The position numbers were made by a program, and so were the translations under genes. Below the pieces are notes generated by a model. It was given only the letters and a program-made list of their open reading frames with translations. It had not been told where the DNA came from and did not search any database. A stretch of 63,979 nt of DNA, filler included, from Octopus bimaculoides (taxonomy: Eukaryota), in assembly GCF_001194135.2 (NCBI RefSeq). It is 6 parts of 6 records of this genome, joined end to end, with 100 filler letters (N's around TTAATTAATTAA, not from the genome) between each part and the next. Parts side by side here need not be neighbours in the genome. Positions count along the whole stretch, not along the records: positions 1 to 19,726 come from NC_068986.1; positions 19,827 to 44,209 come from NC_068984.1; 4 more parts are not named here. One strand, written 5' to 3'. Shown piece after piece: positions 13,331 through 26,636 of the stretch. The stretch's first letter is position 1. Every line of letters begins with the position of its first letter.

Positions 13331-13814
13331 GCCCACTAGATCCCGAATTTAATCCGAATGTAGAAATCTGAGCAATACGCTTCATGGTAGAGGTGTAGGA
13401 ATTTTTACCTGATGTATTGAAACGTGCATCCGCATTTCATACAATATTACAAATATCGTTGACAGCGTGCATTGTTTATGACATATGAACTATACGGTTA
13501 AATGGTGTTTGAATAATGTGTTCACTATCCGCATTATAATTAGTATAGTTGCAGTTATACAAAACCACTTGTGTATATGTACTAACAGATTAATGACAAA
13601 AATGAGCATGTTCAGATAACAGAAATATTAGGATCTACAAATATTTTGGGGGGCATTCGCACCTTTCTTTTACTGTGATTGAAAAATTCATGCATTTTTT
13701 ATAAGATGTACCTGATTGGTTTTGAAGAAAGGAAGCGTGTAATGTGTTTTTCAAACCATGGATAATATAGATAACAATCTCTATATAATGGTTTCAAATT
13801 CTGACACAGGGTCA

Positions 13815-13998
13815 TCAATTTCGCGAAGAGGGGTAAGTCGAGCTCACCAACCTTGGTGCTCAAGTGGTATATATTTCAACGAGCCCGAAATGATGAAAGG
13901 CTAAGGCGATCTCGGTGGAATTTAACTTCAGGACGTAATGACGGACGAAACGCAGCTAAGCATTTTATCGGATGCGGTAACGATCTTGCCAGCTCGCT
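13815..13998 (-). mobile_element. SINE family B copy
   Basis: Reverse complement starts GAGCTGGCAAGATCGTTACCG and carries the family B body. Confidence 0.65.
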
Positions 13999-15648
13999 GC
14001 CCTATAATTTCGATATAATAATAGATGATATATAAATGTTGACTTGTTGCTTGACTAATTTCTCTAGTCTCGCTCGTATACGTACATATATATATATATA
14101 NNNNNNNNNNNNNNNNNNNNNNNNNNNNNNNNNNNNNNNNNNNNNNNNNNNNNNNNNNNNNNNNNNNNNNNNNNNNNNNNNNNNATATTGTTGTACTTGG
14201 GGATGGTCATATTGCCAGTTTAGCCAATAAAAACACACGCACTGTATATTTGGTGTTAATTTGCTTCAGCTTTATATTACATTAATCTTAATCTTATATT
14301 ACATTAATCTTATATATATATATACATATATATATATATACATACATACAGAGTGAGCGAGAGAGAGAGAAAACGAGAGAGTAAAAGAGGGTTACGGAGA
14401 GGCTAAACATAAATGGTGTAGGATGAGTGCACATAAGATGCATAGTAACAAAAGGGGGAGGAGGAGGGAGAATTAATGAGTAATTAGAGGAGTTACACAA
14501 GCGAGAAATTTGTTTTATTCAATTATATTTTAAGTTGATATTTTTTTCTAGTAATTAGTATCCAATCTATCATCTTGTATGAGCACCAAATAATTTAATA
14601 AAGTGAAATTAGAATTATTGCATGTATGCCATAATTATTGATGGTGGCAAAAATAAACTTACAAAGTTACTGAGTTATCGTCATTAGCTCTCAAAAGCTA
14701 TGAGTCCTTATTTCGTAAGAACAAAATCTTTGTAACAAATATTCAGAATGCTTACAAAGACTGATAACAAAATTTAAAGAAATACATAACAGGGATTGTA
14801 ACACCAACATCCACTAAAGTACAAGAATATTGAACTTGCGCAATAGCATACAATGAACGCTGTTGCACAAGAATATTCAGATAAACAGACCAGAATAAAC
14901 AAGTAAATGGCTGGTAAAAAAAAAGGAAAACATATTAATTGCCAAAAGGGGAAAAACACATGAGATCTCAGAACCAAGGATATATAACTTGTTTTATAGC
15001 AACATACAGAGAGCGCTGACATCCATTCGCTATATGAAGCTGGCTGCTCAGCTACAAAGTAGAAAAGGAATATGTGGTTGTAAAGAGCATCTAAGAGTGA
15101 GTCGGGTAATTGTTGAAAAGACTGAGAAGAGAGAGAGAGAGGGAGAAGGGAAAAAACAAAGAGACAAGAATATAAAAGATAAAACACAAAATAGCATTGC
15201 ATGGATCGATTACCGAAAAAAGAGTTGATAGCTTACTATATATACTCTTGAGATACTCAATATAAATAAAGCAGCGCCAATATTAACATAGTATATCAAC
15301 CATGCCATATCAAGATGGAAAACAACTATATTACTGCAAGGCAAATATATGATTAAAAACTCAACCTGTGTCATTATGTGAGGGAAAATTCTTTCGGGGA
15401 GATTCCTAATTTGCTCTTCTCCCCTGTTTAGTTTCGAGTCCATTAGCAAATTTGATGAATAAATCCACCATTGATTAAAAACAGAGCCAGCAGCTAGATC
15501 TCACCCAGATGACACTTACTGTTTAAAGAAAAGTAAGGTTGAACGAACGCGACTGTGTAGTCCTAAATACATGCAGTCTCAGCAAGAATGACTCTCATAA
15601 CAGATGAAGGTTGAATGAAATCTGAAATTAAACGAAAATACTCTGTAT

Positions 15649-15881
15649 CAGTAATTCCTAACGATTTTTTATCTATGAACCCCTGTGATTTCTGTTTTCT
15701 TCGAGTGAAACCTCAGTCATTCGGTGTTTAAAAACTATTATATTTTTACGATTGAATATTATTAAGAATTATATAAAAATAGTTATATTTTTTGAATTGG
15801 ATGAGTTTATTGCGCAAAAAATTGTAACAAAACCTTTTATGCTCCGCTAAGTGTCATACGAACCCCGGTTCAGGAACACTG
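15649..15881. mobile_element. hAT-type MITE
   Basis: Termini CAGTAATTCCTAAC and GTTCAGGAACACTG, flanked by a near-identical 8-bp duplication CTCTGTAT (15641-15648) / CTCTATAT (15882-15889). An 8-bp TSD is typical of hAT. Confidence 0.7.
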
Positions 15882-16380
15882 CTCTATATGAATGACTTTG
15901 AACTATTTTCAAAAGGACGTTACTCAGCTGGAGACCCGAATATAGTCAAGATATAAAAATGAGTAACGCTCCACTAAGAGAAGGAAAACTGAGAACGTTA
16001 GATTATACATTGAAATGACAAAATTAGGATTTCACACAGACGACTGAATGGTAGAATCGTTAGAATTTTGGAAAGAATACTTCGTGGAGATTGTTCTGAC
16101 TCTCATCGCTTTGATGACTCCGAGGTCAACTTTGCTTCTCATCCTTTCGAGGATCATAAACGCATTCTAATATAAAGTGGTGGATTAGTGGAACTGTAAG
16201 AACGTCGAGTCAAGGCTTTTTTCAGCATTTGTTCCAGGCCTTTGCAGTGCGAGTTCACGTCCCGCTGTGACCTATTTGGGTGATAAACTTAATTCGTCTC
16301 CCAGTTTTACACCACAAGTACCACATATATTTGTATAAGAGAGTATTCTAGTTCGCTTGAAGCATTGTGTATTGTTTGTA

Positions 16381-16613
16381 AAGAATAAAAATTTTGAATG
16401 GTACAACAATGCACTATAATACAAAAAAGTGGACTCTATACCTGCTGTAATTTGGTTATCTATAGTCCGATGATATTTCGGAATTACAATTCCTTACAAT
16501 TCCTTCTTCAGATATTCTTAGATGGAGTCTCTGCTACACCAAATTGCAACAGGTATATAGTCCATTTTTTGTATTATAGTGCATTGTTGTACCATTCAAA
16601 ACATTTTATTCTT
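16381..16613. repeat. Long inverted repeat, about 77-bp arms and 80-bp spacer
   Basis: AAGAATAAAATTTTGAATGGTACAACAATGCACTATAATACAAAAAAGTGGACTCTATACCTGCTGTAATTTGGT is mirrored by ACCAAATTGCAACAGGTATATAGTCCATTTTTTGTATTATAGTGCATTGTTGTACCATTCAAAACATTTTATTCTT. Confidence 0.9.
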
Positions 16614-16658
16614 TATATTTTTATAGTAACAGAAAGTCCTAAACAAGGCTTGAAACAA

Positions 16659-17103
16659 CTTAGTGTAAGAGACTATGAAAGAGAGGTTATGACAAAATTA
16701 TGAGTTTACATAAGACTTGAAAGAGTTCAGGTCATAAGAAGGGGGAAAACAGTGAAACAGAAGAGAGTTTCAAAGTCTGGCTGCTTGATGAAAACTAAAA
16801 ACAGACTTCCTTATTTGTGGAAGCACAGCAGCATTTGGATGAAGATGTGTGGATTTCGATTCAAGCGAGAATCCACTTAGTGTAAGGGACTGTGAAGTAG
16901 GAATGATGAAGGTAAAAGAAATGAATTTACTTTAGAATTGAAAGAGCTCAGGTCATAAGAAGCAATAAATGAGATGGAAGAGAGTTCCAAAGTCTGGCTG
17001 TTTGATGAAAAAAGCTACAAATGAAGAAAGATTTCCTTATTTGTAAAAGCACAACAGCATTTGGATAAAGATGCTGTGAGTTTCGAGTCAGGCGAGATAA
17101 CAC
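16659..17103 (-). mobile_element. Two tandem 3' ends of a CR1/L2-like LINE, period 217 bp
   Basis: Both units begin CTTAGTGTAAG.GACT on the plus strand (16659 and 16876). Minus translation TARLWNSLPSH...SYDLSSFNSKVN matches the CR1/L2 ORF2 C-terminal LWN.LP motif. Confidence 0.7.
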
Positions 17104-17353
17104 AAAGTCACGTGGTTCATTTCGTACTTTCTTGGTAATTTATTCGTGTATATTTCCTGTCAGGTGTCAGGTTTTCGGATAGCTCTCTGCTTCTGACCAA
17201 TCTCGGAAACGCTGTGAAATGGATACAAACAATGCCCGGTTAAAAGATGAAAATAAAATATAAACATTTACGCACATAAAGGAAACAAGAAAATATTGAA
17301 TACATTAACGTGTTATGGCCGTAATCTAATGATTGAAACAAGTAAATAACAGA

Positions 17354-17388
<35 letters not shown>

Positions 17389-18070
17389 TGTATGTATGTA
17401 TGTATGTATGTGTGTATGTATGCTTGTATGTATGTATGTGTAAGTATGTATATATGTATATATGTTTGTATATGTGTGTGTGTGTGTGGGTATGTGCACG
17501 TACATAAGTTTGCTTTCTCTATCATGGGATTGGTTTGGTACTTACTTATTTTGCCGATTCCAGTGAGATGAAAGATAAATTCTGACCAGGCGGTATTTCA
17601 ACTTCAAAACCGATGGGCTCCGGAATGGTGGAGAACCACAATTAAATACCACTCCCTTGTTTACAAATGAAAACCCTACCACTCACAAATCTACAATTTC
17701 CGTTTTCAATCGATCGATCCGTCAGTTCGACCATGCATACGTCCAACCACCCATGTAGCAATAGGTGTGTGTGTGTGTGTGTATGTGTGTGTGTATCCGT
17801 ATGTGGGTTTGTGAGTATGCGTGCGCGGGTGCGTACGCGTGTGTATGTGTATTTTTATATGTATGTGTCCGTGTGTGTGCTGGTGAATATATGGATATAT
17901 ATATAGAATACCTTATACTGTGTGTGCGTGTATATATATAGTATAATATATTTTATTCTTGCACACATGTACACATTCACACACACACACATGCATACAT
18001 ATATATATAGAGAGAGTGATTCAGTCTGTATAACCGGCTGACTGTTTAACCGTTTTATCAGTCTCATTAG

Positions 18071-18133
<63 letters not shown>

Positions 18134-18344
18134 TATGTGTATCGTGTTTGCCTAAGACTAAAACAAATAATAGACAAAAATGCATAAGCACACATAAACC
18201 CACAGACGCAGACACCGACACACATGTATGCATATATATATATACATACATACACAAACAAACACACACATACATGCATACATACATACATGCATACATA
18301 CATACATGCATACATACATACATGCATGCATACACACAACCACA

Positions 18345-18379
<35 letters not shown>

Positions 18380-18389
18380 NNNNNNNNNN

Positions 18390-18436
<47 letters not shown>

Positions 18437-19258
18437 GCTTGTGTGTGTATGTTTGTGTAAGTTAGTCTGTGTGAGTGTGTGTGTGTGTGTCTATGTGTGT
18501 TTGCTTACGCATGTATTCACATCGTATGCTGAACCAATCACTGGCGACAGATACGATCCACTAAAAATCTTGATCGGGGTGCCCCAGCATTGACCGCCGT
18601 CCAAATATATACGGAAGGAGAGATGCTCCAAGAGTACAAAAAATTTTCCAACGAAAATTCCTCTATCTACAAAGCGTATACGAGTACATCTGTGGTGTAG
18701 ATAAAATCGTTATGTGCGCTTAAAACGTAAAACCGCACACCAGTATGAAACACTTACACACATACAAAGATACATGCATACAACAACACAAGTATACATA
18801 CTAGCACACAAAACACCAGGTCGCTGACACACTGTTACTCACAAGTACATGCACACAGACTCGTCGGTTTGTGTTTTTATTTTATTTCGTTTAATTTTAT
18901 TTTGTTTTATTTTATTTGGAATGTATATATTTTATTGTTATTTTTTTCTTCATGTGCATACATGCACCCAGACGGACATCTAGAGTGATTTAGCAATTTA
19001 TTGTTAACGATTGATTCTATATATTTGTCTCTGTGAAATCCTTGTTGTTCATTTGGTTGTGTGCGTGACTACACACTCACTCACACTCACACACACACAC
19101 ACACGCGCGCAAATAGACACACGCACACATATATGCATCCATATATATGTATATATACAAATATATATGTTTATATATATATATCTATATATTTTTGTAT
19201 ATATATATATATATATTTATTTATTTCGATACACACACATATATATATATACACACAC

Positions 19259-19307
<49 letters not shown>

Positions 19308-19377
19308 CACATGTATGCATATTTACATACATAATACTATAAACATAGACGTACGGATATGTGTGTGTGTGTGAGAG

Positions 19378-19438
<61 letters not shown>

Positions 19439-19826
19439 GACTGTATGCGTGTTTACAGCCGTCTGTGCATGTGTGTGAATGCGTGAGTGTATGTCATATT
19501 ATCTAAGCCCATTCATCATAATAGCAAATGATTACAAAGCAATCATTGTTTCCTTTCATCTATATAATTTTTATTTATTTATTTTCTTTTTACATTTAGC
19601 GGGGTTTTTTTTCTGCTTTACTTTTTCTGTTTTCTCTCTGTCTTTTCCAATATATTCATTGGATTTACATTTTATTTACTTATTTTTGCTTATTTGCTAG
19701 AGAGAAGAAAAGAGGAAGGAAGAAAANNNNNNNNNNNNNNNNNNNNNNNNNNNNNNNNNNNNNNNNNNNNTTAATTAATTAANNNNNNNNNNNNNNNNNN
19801 NNNNNNNNNNNNNNNNNNNNNNNNNN

Positions 19827-19895
19827 CTATAGCCTCGGACCAACCAAAACCTTGTGAGTAGATTTGGTAGACGGAAGGTGAAAGAAGCCCATATA

Positions 19896-19933
<38 letters not shown>

Positions 19934-20123
19934 TGTTTGTCCCACCAGCATCACTTGACAACCGATTCTGGTGTGTTTACGTCCCCGTAACTTAGGGGTT
20001 CGGCAAAAGAGACCGATAGAATAAGTACTAGGCTTCCAAAGAATAAGCTCTGGGGTCGATTTGCTCGACTATAAAGGCGGTGCTCCAGCATGGCCGCAGT
20101 CAAATGACTGAAACAAGTAAAAG
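19827..20123 (+). mobile_element. SINE family A (internal microsatellite), head lost in gap
   Basis: ...CCAAAACCTTGTGAGTAGATTTGGTAGACGGAAG, then (TA)(TG)n, then the body ending GGCCGCAGTCAAATGACTGAAACAAGTAAAAG. Same layout as 22044-22521. Confidence 0.85.
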
Positions 20124-20426
20124 TTTAAAAGAGAAAGGGAGTGTGTAGTGAAACTGACGCTGGTTGGGTTTGAACCCAACAAACATAACATGGAATATTT
20201 GTTTTAAGATGTTAATCTGTCTCGGAATGTAACACATGTAGCATCGTGCCTCTTTGATCAGGCAAAGATTTGTAGGGGTGGGGAACAGTTATTGCTCTTG
20301 TTTACCGTTAGCTTTGAATTAAAGTTTATTTTACCTGTATGCATTCTCAGTGACAGGTGTGTGTATGTGTGTGTATGTGTGTGTTTGTATGTCTGTGTGT
20401 AGGTATATATGTGTGAGTCTGTCTGC

Positions 20427-20469
<43 letters not shown>

Positions 20470-21672
20470 CTTATGTGTGTGTGTCTGGAACATATTAATG
20501 TATTTCTAAGCTTGTCCAGTCTGTCTCAAATTTAGTATGGTAAGGTGACCGACATCTTCCTGTGTTTTTACAGAGAAAAGCATTGAAAGAGNNNNNNNNN
20601 NNNNNNNNNNNNNNNNNNNNNNNNNNNNNNNNNNNNNNNNNNNNNNNNNNNNNNNNNNNNNNNNNNNNNNNNNNNNNNNNNNNNNNNNNNNNNNNNNNNN
20701 NNNNNNNNNNNNNNNNNNNNNNNNNNNNNNNNNNNNNNNNNNNNNNNNNNNNNNNNNNNNNNNNNNNNNNNNNNNNNNNNNNNNNNNNNNNNNNNNNNNN
20801 NNNNNNNNNNNNNNNNNNNNNNNNNNNNNNNNNNNNNNNNNNNNNNNNNNNNNNNNNNNNNNNNNNNNNNNNNNNNNNNNNNNNNNNNNNNNNNNNNNNN
20901 NNNNNNNNNNNNNNNNNNNNNNNNNNNNNNNNNNNNNNNNNNNNNNNNNNNNNNNNNNNNNNNNNNNNNNNNNNNNNNNNNNNNNNNNNNNNNNNNNNNN
21001 NNNNNNNNNNNNNNNNNNNNNNNNNNNNNNNNNNNNNNNNNNNNNNNNNNNNNNNNNNNNNNNNNNNNNNNNNNNNNNNNNNNNNNNNNNNNNNNNNNNN
21101 NNNNNNNNNNNNNNNNNNNNNNNNNNNNNNNNNNNNNNNNNNNNNNNNNNNNNNNNNNNNNNNNNNNNNNNNNNNNNNNNNNNNNNNNNNNNNNNNNNNN
21201 NNNNNNNNNNNNNNNNNNNNNNNNNNNNNNNNNNNNNNNNNNNNNNNNNNNNNNNNNNNNNNNNNNNNNNNNNNNNNNNNNNNNNNNNNNNNNNNNNNNN
21301 NNNNNNNNNNNNNNNNNNNNNNNNNNNNNNNNNNNNNNNNNNNNNNNNNNNNNNNNNNNNNNNNNNNNNNNNNNNNNNNNNNNNNNNNNNNNNNNNNNNN
21401 NNNNNNNNNNNNNNNNNNNNNNNNNNNNNNNNNNNNNNNNNNNNNNNNNNNNNNNNNNNNATTAGAATTAAATTGTGTAAGGGGAATAATAAAGAGATCA
21501 ATATTAAGAAGGTTAGCAAGAGAAATAGGAACGAGCAGCAATGAATATATCCCAACTAAAAAAAAAGTACATTGCGCATGCGTCTTTGTGAATTCGGAAG
21601 AACGGACCAGAACTGGTTCTTTATTTTTGCGGAAAGGACAGACTGTGAACTCTAGTGGTGGTGGTGGTGATG

Positions 21673-21756
<84 letters not shown>

Positions 21757-22043
21757 ACAACATCAATTAATAATAATTTTGAAACGAAGAATAGGTAGAA
21801 CGTGGTTCTGGTCTTGGCGAGAGGCGGATCTCTCCTTTCAGCATTATGAACAACAGTGTACGGACTGTTAGACATATTAGACTAATTATGACGACAAATA
21901 TAAGAAAAGCAGGGCGAGTAATTGATGGGTTATCTGGTATAATCCTCCATTTGGGACTCATGTATTTTCACGCATCTCAGGTAAATTTTTTATAGTCTTA
22001 GACAAGTATTTTCTCACTTGAAACTGAATTTCTGATTAGATTC

Positions 22044-22270
22044 TTTTACTTGTTTCAGTCTTTTGACTGCGGCCATGTTGGAGCACTGCCTTTAGTCGAA
22101 CAAATCGACCCCAGGACTTATTCTTTGTAAGCCTAGTACTTATTCTATCGGTCTCTCTTGCCGAACCATTAAGTTATAGAGATGTAAACACACCAGCATC
22201 GGTTGTCAAGCGATGGTGGAGGGACAAACACGGACACACAAGCGTACACACACACATACACACATACACA

Positions 22271-22355
<85 letters not shown>

Positions 22356-22521
22356 TTATATATACGGGCTTCTTTTAGCTTCCGTCTGCCAAATCCACTC
22401 ACAAGGCTTTGGTCGGCCCGAGGCTACAGTAGAAGACATTTGCCCACGGTGCCACACAGTGGGACTGAACCTGGAACCATGTGGTTGGTAAGCAAGCTAC
22501 TTACCACCCAGCCACTCCTGC
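22044..22521 (-). mobile_element. SINE family A, near full length, tRNA-like head and internal (TA)n(TG)n
   Basis: Head GCAGGAGTGGCTGGGTGGTAAG...GGTTCAGTCCC with A- and B-box-like motifs, a central microsatellite and the tail GACTGAAACAAGTAAAAGA. Confidence 0.9.
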
Positions 22522-24344
22522 TTACATTTATACATTAGAACATTCTTAGCTTTTTGAAACCGAAATTTTAAATGCTTAGCTCTGCTCTGCTACAAATTGA
22601 GAAGTTCTGTCCCTGAGTATAACTTTAAGTATTCTTTCTCTATGAACCTATTTAGAACATAGATATCCGATCCGAACTAACCCGAATTAGGATTAATTAA
22701 TTCAATCCTTGGATCATGTACTAAAGATCTTCCTTCTCCATTTTTTGTTTTTACCGTTATTAGCTTTTAAGGATTTCTTCCGGACCATATAGAAAGTCAT
22801 CCTGGTTTCTATATTCTATATTTCTATATCTTTCACAGCTAAAGTAATGTGGTGTATCCTTTCTCTAGAATATTTTTCATTTATTTGAATTCTTTGTAAT
22901 GGTTTGTTGCTTAATTTTTTTTTTTAATATATTTCGTTTCATGTATTTTTATTCAACGGTTACAAATTAGAATTTCCCTAATAATGCAAGAAGGCAAATG
23001 TTTTGCTGCGAATTCTGTTTGATACTGTGAATTGACTTGTTCTCAATGAACCCACGTACTTAAACACGAATTTACTTTGACATTAAGCAGGTACTACCAT
23101 TCATTTTCCTCATATAATCTTTAATTTGCCCCAATCTGATAAAGAACACCTCAAGACTAACTATTGATTAATATGTTATGGAAAGCAATTTAATATGTCT
23201 GCTTTCAACTTCAATTTTCCATTAGCTCTGGTAGTGTATGGAATGAAAAGAGACGTTTAGAACTTTGAGAAAAATGACTCGAGAATAAACTGTTGCGTGA
23301 AGTGGTTGATTAACCGATCAATTAATTACTAGGTTTAACGGGTTTGGATCACCGAAACATTTGAAATGTGCGAAAATGAATAAAGTATCGTATGAAGATA
23401 ATACTTCATTTTCATATTTCTTTAGTATGTATGTATGTATGTATGTATGTATGTATGTATGCATGTGTGTATGCATGTGTGTATGTATGTATGTATGTAT
23501 GTATGTATGTATGTATGTATTGTATATTCCTTGCGTCAATATGTACCTCCTTGCGACAATGTAACCTTTAATCTGATCAAAATATCCTTAGCTTGAAGAG
23601 TAGCTGGCGGTATAGACCTCACTTGGATTTTACCACTTCTGAGCTTCCACTCGCTATGAAACATACGTAGCCCGGATCATTCCTACTCCATTCCGTAACT
23701 CTTGTGTTCCTATTCGCACAACCGGCCACCATGGTCGCCTATCGTGGAATATAGCAGAGTCTAATATCAAAATTCCTACCAGACTGCTGATCTCTCTTGA
23801 TTCCATTGAGTCAAACTTCAGTGACTATGAGTGTTGGTTACAATCCTACATTTTCTCCCGACCCCCACAGAATTCGAACACAAAAGACTCTGCTATTAAT
23901 CATGGTCTCTGCACCCCACTCTCTATAACATAAAAATCAAAAGAAAAAAAAAACATTTCAGGTATGTTAGTAGCACTCTCATGAATGAAGGAATTTGTAA
24001 AGAACGCACCTAATCATTGTCTGGGCTTCGGAGCTTTCAAAAGAAACCATGAGACAACATTCTAGTATTTTCTTTAATCTTTCTTTTCAAATAGTTTGTG
24101 ATATTGTAAGTAATGAAGAAACTATATTAAACAACAACAATACCGTGTTATAAATAGTGGCAAGCTCACTTGACAGAAACGTTGCCAGTAGAATAACCAC
24201 TGTCTATAGTGTTGCTGTTGTTGTTGTTGTTGTTGTTGGTGGTGGTAGTGGTGGATATAATGTTGTTGTTGCCCTGCCTGCTATTTTCATTTGAATGGCG
24301 AGAATATTGCTCACTACACACAGACAAACAGACACACAGAGCCA

Positions 24345-24401
<57 letters not shown>

Positions 24402-25149
24402 GTACACATGTGTGCATGTATACATATATACATGATCACGTGTACACACACACACATTTTCAAACACATTTACACCTTTCCGTCTATACTGCTTCTTATG
24501 CACACACACGCGCGCGCACATTCACACACATACACACATGCACACATGCACACACACAGAGAAGTAATTCAAATAATGTCCTATTCGAATGAAGNNNNNN
24601 NNNNNNNNNNNNNNNNNNNNNNNNNNNNNNNNNNNNNNNNNNNNNNNNNNNNNNNNNNNNNNNNNNNNNNNNNNNNNNNNNNNNNNNNNNNNNNNNNNNN
24701 NNNNNNNNNNNNNNNNNNNNNNNNNNNNNNNNNNNNNNNNNNNNNNNNNNNNNNNNNNNNNNNNNNNNNNNNNNNNNNNNNNNNNNNNNNNNNNNNNNNN
24801 NNNNNNNNNNNNNNNNNNNNNNNNNNNNNNNNNNNNNNNNNNNNNNNNNNNNNNNNNNNNNNNNNNNNNNNNNNNNNNNNNNNNNNNNNNNNNNNNNNNN
24901 NNNNNNNNNNNNNNNNNNNNNNNNNNNNNNNNNNNNNNNNNNNNNNNNNNNNNNNNNNNNNNNNNNNNNNNNNNNNNNNNNNNNNNNNNNNNNNNNNNNN
25001 NNNNNNNNNNNNNNNNNNNNNNNNNNNNNNNNNNNNNNNNNNNNNNNNNNNNNNNNNNNNNNNNNNNNNNNNNNNNNNNNNNNNNNNNNNNNNNNNNNNN
25101 NNNNNNNNNNNNNNNNNNNNNNNNNNAGAGAGAAAGAAACAACCTGTTT

Positions 25150-25600
25150 TAAAAATATATATATATTCTTTTATTCTGTTACTAGCTTCAACCGGAGGCT
25201 GGAGCCCAACTGGAGCACCATCTTTCAGTGTTTTCAGATGTCCTTTCAGTACTGTTTTTGGTGAAGAAGCGAGTTGAACGAAGCTGCTGTTTTTTGTGTC
25301 CCCTGCCGTAATTTGGGTTCATCTGGGATTTCAGATAGAAATTTGTCCAGGTGCTTTTTGAACATTTCCACAGCTACACCTTGCAGATCTCTTAGGTTCC
25401 TTGGCAGGATGTTAAACAATTATGGTCCACTGGATCTCAAGCTGTTGCAATGCTAGGTTCTTATCTGAGATGAAGAAAACGGTGTCTTTGGCATTATGCT
25501 GTGCCGTCCAGTTTGCTGCAGTCTTTTAGTTTTTCTAAGCCCTGTAACTCGGAAGGTTGGGCCTCCAACCAAGCCTTTCGCGATATACTTAAATCCAGGG
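25150..25600 (+). mobile_element. Probable decayed 3' region of a REL-endonuclease (R4-like) LINE
   Basis: CCTGCCGTAATTTGGGTTCATCTGGG and SSGISDRNLSRCFLNI loosely match IP.VIGALG...K.L..HL. Heavily decayed. Confidence 0.3.
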
Positions 25601-26585
25601 ACTTTTCAACACTCTCTCGTGTATATATATATATATAAAAGATAAACAAGAGTGAAAAAATTACAGAAGGCTTGTGTTACATGGTTAAAGTATATATTTA
25701 AATTGTTATGTCAGAAAAATGTTATAAAATTTTGGGTATAGAAACATTGTATTTGGAGAAATAACCGGTTTCGTGTTGTCTTTTCAAATTTCTCTATCTG
25801 TATCGTAACATGTCTTCGCTCCAGTGTATAAAATGGGGTTCTAGATAGTAATCAGGGATTTTTTCCGGTATAAGGGAGATAATCGAAATGTAGGAGGTGA
25901 TAGANNNNNNNNNNNNNNNNNNNNNNNNNNNNNNNNNNNNNNNNNNNNNNNNNNNNNNNNNNNNNNNNNNNNNNNNNNNNNNNNNNNNNNNNNNNNNNNN
26001 NNNNNNNNNNNNNNNNNNNNNNNNNNNNNNNNNNNNNNNNNNNNNNNNNNNNNNNNNNNNNNNNNNNNNNNNNNNNNNNNNNNNNNNNNNNNNNNNNNNN
26101 NNNNNNNNNNNNNNNNNNNNNNNNNNNNNNNNNNNNNNNNNNNNNNNNNNNNNNNNNNNNNNNNNNNNNNNNNNNNNNNNNNNNNNNNNNNNNNNNNNNN
26201 NNNNNNNNNNNNNNNNNNNNNNNNNNNNNNNNNNNNNNNNNNNNNNNNNNNNNNNNNNNNNNNNNNNNNNNNNNNNNNNNNNNNNNNNNNNNNNNNNNNN
26301 NNNNNNNNNNNNNNNNNNNNNNNNNNNNNNNNNNNNNNNNNNNNNNNNNNNNNNNNNNNNNNNNNNNNNNNNNNNNNNNNNNNNNNNNNNNNNNNNNNNN
26401 NNNNNNNNNNNNNNNNNNNNNNNNNNNNNNNNNNNNNNNNNNNNNNNNNNNNNNNNNNNNNNNNNNNNNNNNNNNNNNNNNNNNNNNNNNNNNNNNNNNN
26501 NNNNNNNNNNNNNNNNNNNNNNNNNNNNNNNNNNNNNNNNNNNNNNNNNNNNNNNNNNNNNNNNNNNNNNNNNNNNNNNNNNNNN

Positions 26586-26636
<51 letters not shown>

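Noticed and set aside
19771-19782. TTAATTAATTAA islands inside gaps (also 44254, 51734, 61398, 62652)
   Set aside because: Each is the same 12-mer centred in a 100-bp block of Ns, with stops in all six frames. This is an assembly spacer.
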